A stretch of 36,662 bases of DNA from Candidatus Krumholzibacteriota bacterium (GTDB taxonomy: Bacteria > Krumholzibacteriota > Krumholzibacteriia > LZORAL124-64-63), in NCBI GenBank assembly GCA_039714075.1, contig JBDLKA010000026.1, positions 1 to 36,662 of the forward strand. Reading direction: 5' to 3'. Below, one piece after another: positions 25,505-32,684 of the stretch. Position numbers and translations under genes: made by a program. The notes beneath the pieces are model-generated. The model worked only from the letters and a program-made list of their open reading frames with translations. It searched no databases and had not been told where the DNA came from. Position 1 is the first letter of the stretch; every line of letters starts with the position of its first letter.

Positions 25505-26131
25505 CTAGGGGTCGGCGATATAGCTGTTCAACAACCGATTCGAAGTGATGATGTAGTAGATGGTTCCCGTCTCCTCCATGTTGTCGTTGTCCGGACCCTG
25601 ATCCAGGTCGAGAGTCGAATTGAATTTCACGGTGGCGAGGATATCGATGGCCCCGGTGGCTTTCGCTTCCAGGAAGGCGTCCCCGGCGATCTTTCCCCCT
25701 TGATCGTAGGCCCAGTAGATGAGCTTGTCGTGGGCCACGGTCGTCGGTTCGCCGAACCGCGCCATCAGGCCCCCGACCATCTCCTGGACCTCGTTCGCAC
25801 CGACGTCCTCCCGCCTTTGGTAGAGGGCCAGGATCAGATGGGTCTTTTCGTCGGCGACGACGACGGCATCACCGGCGGGAAACTTGATGGTGCCGGGATA
25901 GGTGTCGGCTATCAGGTTTCCCCCGGCCGCCGCAACCTGTTCCGCGGTCAGGCGGGCGCCGATCACGAAAGCCCCTTCGCCCAGCTCGAGATCCTTCACC
26001 GCCGCGGCCAATTGTTCAACCGACTCATCCCCCGCGGCGGGCAAACCGTCCCGGGCATCCTTTCCCCAAGCCTCTGCAGGTGGAGAAAAAAGACACAAAA
26101 TACCCCACAGGACGAGGGTCGGTTTCATCAT
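25505..26131 (-). CDS. Exported hypothetical protein within the cytochrome operon
   Basis: Signal peptide MMKPTLVLWGILCLFSPPAEA. Gaps of 19 nt and 4 nt to the flanking genes. No CxxCH. Confidence 0.72.
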   Translation of the reverse strand: MMKPTLVLWGILCLFSPPAEAWGKDARDGLPAAGDESVEQLAAAVKDLELGEGAFVIGARLTAEQVAAAGGNLIADTYPGTIKFPAGDAVVVADEKTHLILALYQRREDVGANEVQEMVGGLMARFGEPTTVAHDKLIYWAYDQGGKIAGDAFLEAKATGAIDILATVKFNSTLDLDQGPDNDNMEETGTIYYIITSNRLLNSYIADP

Positions 26132-26150
26132 TGCCGGATCCACGGCCGGC

Positions 26151-27686
26151 CTACCGGCCACCTTCCTTGTACCACTGGTGTTCGGGTTTGGCCAGGATCC
26201 CGTTGATCGCCTCCTCGAACACGGTCTTTTTTCCCTTCTGGGCAGCCAATCGCCGCAGTTCAGGCAGGAATTTGTGGTAGAAATTCTCGGCGACTTCGTA
26301 CATGCCGTGCCAGTGGGCGTAGTCGGGCGCCATCTTGGAGGCGCCCACACGGGCGGTGCGGCCTTCATGATGCCACAACTCCCACCAGTACCAGCCCAGC
26401 TTGCTGTTGAACTGGGGGCCGGAGATCAGTCCCTCCCGCTGGGCCATTTCGAAAAGCCTCTGGGCGGGCTTGGCGAACTTGTCGTTGTAGGTAATGACCA
26501 GTTCATCGAACTGCTTGTAGAAATTTTCGACGACCTGGACACCGTGGCACTGCACGCAGATGATCCTCATGTCTTCACGCCGCAATTCCCAGCTCTTGAC
26601 TTCGATGACCTCGCCCGTTTCCTCGATCTCGGTCCACTTCCCTCCGACCTCGGCGTACTTCTTGTACTTGCGCTCCTGGCCGACCTGGGGCGGGATGTCG
26701 CCGTGGACATCGGTGATATCGCCGTTGGCGAAAACGACCCGGTTCATCTTCTTGGAAACGGGTGTCCTGAGGTTCCAGGAAATACGGTCGCCCACGTTGT
26801 GCGTCGGGGGGGTAACGGCACCGTCCGCCTTGAGCGTGGATCCCATGTGGCAGGTGGCGCAGGTCGGCGCGGAGTAATAATCCTTGCCCAGCACCCACTT
26901 GCCCGCCTTGAGGATGTTCATGCCGTTCATGCCGCGCTCGCGTATCGCGGTTTGATAGGCGATACCGTGCTTGGACTCGTTAAAGGCTTCCATCTGGGGA
27001 TGGTCCGGGCCCATGTGGCACTTGCCGCAGTTCTCGGGCTGGCGCGAAACGGAGGAACGGAAGGAATGGCGGCCGTGGCAGGCGGTGCAGGAACCCAGGG
27101 TGCCGTCGGGATTCACCCGGCCGATGCCCGCGTTGGGGTAGGTCATGGGATCGAACATGACCGCCTGGTCCTGGTTCAAGAGGGCCTTGCCGCTGTCGTC
27201 GGTCAGGATCTTGACCACCGAACCGTGGCACTGCCAGCAGCCGTTGGCCGAGCCGGCATTCGTCTGCATCGAGGTGACGACCTCGCCCAGCACGTTGTCC
27301 AGCGAGGCCATGATCAGGCCGGCGGTGGCATGATGGGACGTGGACATCTCCTTGGCTTCGTTTTCATGGCAGAAGGCGCAGTCCGCGGGAGACTGGAGGG
27401 TCTTCATCCACGCGCCCTCGTGCAGATAGCCCGCGGGATCGTCCTTCTCGGCGGCATGGCAGTTGTAGCAACCCACCTGTCCGTCCTGGGCGGCGGCGTG
27501 GGGAGAGTTCTTCCACTGCTGGACCAGCGAGTTGTTCTCCTTCAAGTGGCAGTTGATGCACTTGACGTTTTCCTCCTGGATGACGGTGCTGACGACATCC
27601 TTGGAGGCGGTGGTCGTGGCGAAAACCGAACCGGCGACCATCAGAAAGACTCCGGCCGATCCAATTGCCAGCTTCCACTGTTTCAT
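26151..27686 (-). CDS. Octaheme cytochrome c, hydroxylamine oxidoreductase (HAO)-like, reductive type
   Basis: RBS AGGAGGA and Sec signal; 8 CxxCH (CINCH, CYNCH, CAFCH, CWQCH, CTACH, CGKCH, CATCH, CVQCH); GPDHPQ, WHHEGR, PDYAHWHG. Confidence 0.88.
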   Translation of the reverse strand: MKQWKLAIGSAGVFLMVAGSVFATTTASKDVVSTVIQEENVKCINCHLKENNSLVQQWKNSPHAAAQDGQVGCYNCHAAEKDDPAGYLHEGAWMKTLQSPADCAFCHENEAKEMSTSHHATAGLIMASLDNVLGEVVTSMQTNAGSANGCWQCHGSVVKILTDDSGKALLNQDQAVMFDPMTYPNAGIGRVNPDGTLGSCTACHGRHSFRSSVSRQPENCGKCHMGPDHPQMEAFNESKHGIAYQTAIRERGMNGMNILKAGKWVLGKDYYSAPTCATCHMGSTLKADGAVTPPTHNVGDRISWNLRTPVSKKMNRVVFANGDITDVHGDIPPQVGQERKYKKYAEVGGKWTEIEETGEVIEVKSWELRREDMRIICVQCHGVQVVENFYKQFDELVITYNDKFAKPAQRLFEMAQREGLISGPQFNSKLGWYWWELWHHEGRTARVGASKMAPDYAHWHGMYEVAENFYHKFLPELRRLAAQKGKKTVFEEAINGILAKPEHQWYKEGGR

Positions 27687-27715
27687 GCGATTCCTCCTAC
27701 GACTTGTTTCAGGAC

Positions 27716-28918
27716 TCATGGGACGATACCTCGGATTGTAGACGGATGGTCATCCTGCCAGAAAGGAAAAATTTTCCCCAGCAGATAAAGAACGAAGATC
27801 GGGATCACCATGATGACGACCGCCAGCAGGATCCCTTCCCTTTCCAGCCATTCCGGCTGGTAGAAAACCGAACCGCGCCCGCTCTTGGACATCAGCTGGC
27901 CTCCGATCACCACGTTCCAGCGCATGAAGAGCACCTGAAGAAGGACCATCAGGGCGGAAACGGGAGCCAGAACATTGACCAGGGAGTACCTCTTCTTGGC
28001 CAGGTGGAGGATGCCCATCAGGAGAAGGGGAATGACGGACAGGACCAAGACCTGCCAAATCCAGTAGCTGTTGTACAGCGGGCCCCACAACAGGCTGTGC
28101 AGCGTCTCCCAGTGGCTGGTGGCCATGTAACCGTGGGTAAAGACTTCGAGCATCTCGAAGGTGAAATTCAGGACGAAGAAACCGGCCAGGAACTTGACGC
28201 TGGTGCGCATGCAGCCCCGGTCGATTTCGCGGCGGGAAATCTTCATCAGGATGACGTAGGCGATGATGATACCCGCAATTCCCGAAACACAGGCCGACAG
28301 CAGGAAGATGACCGGCATCAACGGCGTGGCCCACAGCGGGTTGGCCTTGACCCCGCCGAAGATGAAACCGACATAGCCGTGCAGCGCGCAGGCCATGGGA
28401 ATGCCGATGACGGCCAGGAACTTGATGATCTTGCGGTCCATCCTCAGGGCCTCTGCGGAGAGGTTGTCGCTGCCCATGGACAAGGCGAGATAGAAGAGGC
28501 GTTTGATGCCCGTGGACGACTGGTGCCGGGCCACCAGGGTCGGCCGGTAGATGAAGAAGATCTCCAGGACCAGGAGCAGGCCGTAGGCCATGTAGAAGTA
28601 GCCGAAGCCGGCCATGGCCGAGGTCGGGTTCGGGGTCAGGAACATGCTCATCGCCCGCCCCGGTTGACCGAGATGCACCAGCAGGGGCACCGTGGCGCAG
28701 GTCAGGAAAGCCAGGGCGAACAGCAGCGAGAATCCCGCCAGGGGTTTCAGGTTCTCCACCCGGAAAACGTGGTACATGGACGAGACGATGAAGGCCCCGG
28801 CCACGATCCCGGTGATATAGGGGTAGAGCACGATCATCAGGCTCCAGTGAACCTGGAGATCGTTGGGAAAGACGTAACCCGCGGCGGTGGCCGCCAGATC
28901 GGCAATCACGGGAATCAT
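27716..28918 (-). CDS. nrfD: NrfD/PsrC-family quinol dehydrogenase membrane subunit
   Basis: WSLMIVLYPYITGIVAG, HLGQPGR, SAM, HGYVGFIFG...PLW, RWNVVIGGQ. ATGA overlap with the Fe-S gene. Confidence 0.88.
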   Translation of the reverse strand: MIPVIADLAATAAGYVFPNDLQVHWSLMIVLYPYITGIVAGAFIVSSMYHVFRVENLKPLAGFSLLFALAFLTCATVPLLVHLGQPGRAMSMFLTPNPTSAMAGFGYFYMAYGLLLVLEIFFIYRPTLVARHQSSTGIKRLFYLALSMGSDNLSAEALRMDRKIIKFLAVIGIPMACALHGYVGFIFGGVKANPLWATPLMPVIFLLSACVSGIAGIIIAYVILMKISRREIDRGCMRTSVKFLAGFFVLNFTFEMLEVFTHGYMATSHWETLHSLLWGPLYNSYWIWQVLVLSVIPLLLMGILHLAKKRYSLVNVLAPVSALMVLLQVLFMRWNVVIGGQLMSKSGRGSVFYQPEWLEREGILLAVVIMVIPIFVLYLLGKIFPFWQDDHPSTIRGIVP

Positions 28919-29721
28919 GTCACTTCCCTTCTCAGGCCGAGGTAGTGCAGCGAAGGCTTGTTGCCCATGTCGGGCTTCAAAACCGAGATGACATGGGGTT
29001 CGTGCAGCAGCCTGTAGACCTCGGATTCCTTGTCGCCCAGATCGCCGAAAATCCTCGCCTGTGACGGACAGGCCTCCACACAGACCGGGAGCATGTCCTG
29101 GCGCACCCTGTGGTAGCACCAGGTGCATTTCTCGGCGGTCTTCTTCACGGGGTTGATGAAGCGAACCGAATAGGGGCAGGCCTGCACGCAATAGGAACAG
29201 CCGACACAACGCTTCTCGTCAATGAGTATGAAACCGTCCTGGGACTGGAACGTCGCGCCCACGGGACAGACCTGAACACAGGAGGGATTGTCGCACATAT
29301 TACACAATTTCGGCACGAAGAAGGTGTCCCGGAGGGGATTGGTTACATCGTCCCTCCCGGCCGGGAATCCATCCAGCCCGCCGTTGGGCGAATCGACGAA
29401 AACGTTGTCCTGGTCGTCGATCAGATAGCGTTCGACCCAGGTCCGGAAATGACCGTCGGGAACCTGGTATTCGTTCTTGTCGGCCATGCAGCAGGCGCCG
29501 CAGCCGATGCAGTTGGAAATGTTGACCACGAAGGCGAAATGTTTTTCGGGGACGGGAAGTTCCGGCTCGTCATCGGCGCCGGCGACCTGCTGGGCGAGCA
29601 GGCGGGCGCCCGCCGGCAGAACCAGAAGCAACGACCCGCCGATGGCGCCGCTCAGCACCTTCCTGATGAAGCCCCGGCGATCGAGGTCGATTTCCCTTTT
29701 GAGCCTGTTCATTTCATCCAT
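28915..29721 (-). CDS. NrfC/DmsB-family 4Fe-4S dicluster protein, Tat-exported
   Basis: DRRGFI twin-arginine motif; CIGCGAC, CNMCDNPSCVQVCP, CVGCSYCVQACP, CTWC...CVEACP. Confidence 0.9.
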   Translation of the reverse strand: MDEMNRLKREIDLDRRGFIRKVLSGAIGGSLLLVLPAGARLLAQQVAGADDEPELPVPEKHFAFVVNISNCIGCGACCMADKNEYQVPDGHFRTWVERYLIDDQDNVFVDSPNGGLDGFPAGRDDVTNPLRDTFFVPKLCNMCDNPSCVQVCPVGATFQSQDGFILIDEKRCVGCSYCVQACPYSVRFINPVKKTAEKCTWCYHRVRQDMLPVCVEACPSQARIFGDLGDKESEVYRLLHEPHVISVLKPDMGNKPSLHYLGLRREVT

Positions 29722-29724
29722 GGC

Positions 29725-30279
29725 TCACGACCTTTTCCGTTCCAGCGGCAGACCCATCATTTCCCGGGCCTCATGCACCCATTTCAACGGGGCATGAACG
29801 TGGTGGCACTGGTCGCAGATATGATGGGTGCGAAACTTTCTCTCCTCCAGGTGCTCCGGCATGGCCACCAGTTTGATGGTCTCGGGGGGCATGGCCTGCA
29901 CGATCTTGTTGTGGCACTTCACGCACAACGGCTTGATATCCCCGCCACTGGCGACCGGCATGGCTCCGATCACCTGGTCGTCCTTCACGTGGTCCGCGTA
30001 GGCGCCGTGGCAAACTTCGCACATGACGGTCTTGTGGACTCCGTCGACGTGGATTTCCTTGATCAGGGGGTGGCAATCGAAGCAGGACTCGTTGGTCCGG
30101 ATCCTGGTTTCCCGGTTCGCCTCATCCTCCACGGCTCCCGGACGGTAATGGCCGTGCTTGCCGAATTCATCCGGCAAGAAAACCTGCCTCAACACGACGC
30201 TTGCGGTCACGATGACCGCCAGGGTCAGGACGATCCTGACCACATGCGCCTTGGGCGATGATTTGTATCCAGGCTGCAA
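29725..30279 (-). CDS. Membrane-anchored tetraheme cytochrome c
   Basis: TTG start after GGAGG; N-terminal TM helix; CFDCH, CEVCH, CVKCH, CDQCH. Confidence 0.87.
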   Translation of the reverse strand: MQPGYKSSPKAHVVRIVLTLAVIVTASVVLRQVFLPDEFGKHGHYRPGAVEDEANRETRIRTNESCFDCHPLIKEIHVDGVHKTVMCEVCHGAYADHVKDDQVIGAMPVASGGDIKPLCVKCHNKIVQAMPPETIKLVAMPEHLEERKFRTHHICDQCHHVHAPLKWVHEAREMMGLPLERKRS

Positions 30280-30381
30280 ATATTCCTCCCAACAGCACGG
30301 CTTTCATTCCGGGACTTTCCCGTGGAAAACCGTACCCTTTGAGGCCTATATCATCCTAGCCCCCGGGTAGGTGTTCCATGG

Positions 30382-30410
30382 ATTATGGTATCCGGAATGC
30401 CTTCAGGCAA
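30382..30410 (-). promoter_or_regulatory. Putative sigma70 promoter of the cytochrome operon
   Basis: TTGCCT-N17-CATAAT on the minus strand, about 100 nt before the TTG start. Confidence 0.5.
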
Positions 30411-30478
30411 GCGGTGCTTTTACTGCTTATGAGAACCATTTTCGATAGGCTGAAGAGGGACGGAAATCGTGGGAATGG

Positions 30479-30509
30479 AAAACCCCGCTACCACCCGGCA
30501 GCGGGGTTT
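30479..30509 (-). terminator. Intrinsic terminator after the GH13 gene
   Basis: Minus strand AAACCCCGCTGCC-GGGT-GGTAGCGGGGTTTT. Confidence 0.7.
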
Positions 30510-30535
30510 AAACCATCAAATTTCAGGCTGATTCT

Positions 30536-32431
30536 TTACTTCGACAGGATCACCACCGTGTAGGGCCCGATCCCGACGTTCGCGTTGTAGTTCATGCCGT
30601 CCTTGGGCCCCCAGTTCGCGGTGGTCGCGTTGGAGTTCCAGTTGCCGAAGTCGTCCGAGTAGCCGTTCCAGTCGCTGTTGAACCGCACCTGCCAGGTTCC
30701 CCCGCTGGGGAAGCCCAGGTTGTAGCTGGAAAAGCCCTGGCCGCTGAAGTTGGCCACGATGATGACGTCGTCGCCGTCGCCGCCGTTTTCCCAACGGTGG
30801 TAGGCGATGACTTTGTTGTAGTCATTCACGTGGTGGACGTTGATGTTGTTGCCGCGCAACCCGCGGGTGTTGTTGTACCAGTTGCGGCGCAGGCGAATCA
30901 GATCCTGGTAAAGATCCACGATGCCGTCGTGGGTGGTGGCCTTGTTCCAGTCCAGGGGATCGTCGTCGGCGAAGTAACCGTCTTCCAGGAACTCCTGGCC
31001 CATGAAGATCATGGGGATGCCCGGGCTGGTGAAGGTTATGGCCGCACCCAGGGTCGAGCGCTTCTGCGAGTACCAGCTGGCCGCGTTCCCCGGCCAGATC
31101 TCTTCCGGGACACGGGCGTGGCCGTTGGCGACTTCGTCGTGGCTCTCGGTGTAGATCACCCGCTGGGTGGCCACGCCGTTGTAGTAGTGGGTCAGAGCGT
31201 TCTTGACGTCCCACATGTTCCGGCTGGAGTCGTCACCGACGATGATGTTGTCGCGGATGGGGTGCACGAACCCGGCGTCCCACTGCGAGTCGAAGCCCGC
31301 GCCGCCGGAGCTGGTGGGCATGGTCAACCAGGCGTTGTTCTGGAGATCTTCGGCGATCGAGATTTTCCAGCCGGCGGCGGCGTCGATCTCGTCGTTGACC
31401 CACTGCATCAGCGTCCAGCCCTCGTAGATGTCGCCGGAACCGTTGTTCTGGGTGCGGATGTTCACCGTGGAATCCCACCGCAGGCCGTCGGCCCGAAAAT
31501 CATCGAGCCAGTAGAGCGCGTTGTCCCTGACGAACTGACGCACCTCGCCCCGGCCGTAGTCGGGCCGGGTGTCGCCCCAGGGCGTGGTCTTCCGCCAGTC
31601 GCTGAAGAAGTAGATGCCGCCGTTCCCGTAGCTGGGGCCATCGAAGGTCCACAGGGAATGGTCCAGGTCGCTGGGGCCGTAGTGGTTGTGGACGACGTCG
31701 ATATTGACGGCCATGCCCCGGGCATGGGCCGCATCGACAAAGGCTTTCATGTCGTCGGGGGAACCATAGGCGGACTCCGGTGAAAACAGATGCGCCGGGT
31801 TGTAGCCCCAGGAGAAGTCGCCCGCGAATTCGCTGACCGGCATGACTTCGATCATGTTGACGCCGAGATCCTGCAGGTAGTCCAGCTTGTCCATGGCCGA
31901 ACTCCAGGTACCCGGCGTTCCACCGGGCGTGTCGTTGAAGGAGCCGACATGGAGTTCGTAGATGACCAGCTCGTTCCAGGGGATCGGCGACATTCCGTTC
32001 ACCCAGTTGTAGTCCGGATCGGCGATCACGCCGTTGCCGATGGAATTTGTGACCTGGGTCACACGCGGATCGACGCGCCACAGCGTGTTGCCGCTCTCGG
32101 TGATGACATAGCGGTACTCATCCCCCACTGCGGCCGTCGTGATATCGGCTGACCAGTAGCCGGTCGTCTCGTCGACCAAGGGGTTTGCGGTCGTACTCCA
32201 GGAGTTGAAGTTGCCGGCGACGTGGACGGCATCGGCGTTCGGCGCCCAGACGCGGAATCCTACCCCACCGGAGTAGATCAACGGTCCGAGTCCGCTCTGA
32301 GAAGAGGCACCGGCGACTTTTTCGGTGGTCGGCTGGGGAAGATCGACGAGGTCGGGCGTCGTGGCACGCTCGCAAGCGCCGAGGAACAGGAACATCACAA
32401 GTAACGAAATCATAGGCGAGAATTTTCTCAT
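30536..32431 (-). CDS. GH13 alpha-amylase-family enzyme (CBM48 + catalytic domain; branching enzyme/trehalohydrolase-like), lipoprotein
   Basis: Lipobox FLGA-C; FRVWAPNA, IYELHVGSF, WGYNP, DVVHNH; catalytic GLRWD, IAED, SHDE. Confidence 0.88.
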   Translation of the reverse strand: MRKFSPMISLLVMFLFLGACERATTPDLVDLPQPTTEKVAGASSQSGLGPLIYSGGVGFRVWAPNADAVHVAGNFNSWSTTANPLVDETTGYWSADITTAAVGDEYRYVITESGNTLWRVDPRVTQVTNSIGNGVIADPDYNWVNGMSPIPWNELVIYELHVGSFNDTPGGTPGTWSSAMDKLDYLQDLGVNMIEVMPVSEFAGDFSWGYNPAHLFSPESAYGSPDDMKAFVDAAHARGMAVNIDVVHNHYGPSDLDHSLWTFDGPSYGNGGIYFFSDWRKTTPWGDTRPDYGRGEVRQFVRDNALYWLDDFRADGLRWDSTVNIRTQNNGSGDIYEGWTLMQWVNDEIDAAAGWKISIAEDLQNNAWLTMPTSSGGAGFDSQWDAGFVHPIRDNIIVGDDSSRNMWDVKNALTHYYNGVATQRVIYTESHDEVANGHARVPEEIWPGNAASWYSQKRSTLGAAITFTSPGIPMIFMGQEFLEDGYFADDDPLDWNKATTHDGIVDLYQDLIRLRRNWYNNTRGLRGNNINVHHVNDYNKVIAYHRWENGGDGDDVIIVANFSGQGFSSYNLGFPSGGTWQVRFNSDWNGYSDDFGNWNSNATTANWGPKDGMNYNANVGIGPYTVVILSK

Positions 32432-32684
32432 CTAAACACCCTCCAGTCAACAGGTCGGGAATGGTGACGCACCGGTGTCGGGGAAGTGGGTGGAGGTCGG
32501 GCGTCACGCTTTCATATATGGATCCGGGGTGGTTGGCGGGGAGAAGAACTCTGATGATGAGCCACTTGTGGATCCGACGAGCGGGGATAGTAGAGTGGAA
32601 TGGTTTGGTTGTCTAGTGGGGATGTTGGAAATTGGCAGACAAGTACAGTCTCACTTCGGCTGACGGGAAACACTTTCTAAACGA

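Noticed and set aside
26151..27686. Evidence for nitrification/anammox (oxidative HAO) or NrfA
   Set aside because: PDYAHWHG suggests no cross-linking Tyr, there is no amo/cycAB/hzs context, and there is no CxxCK.
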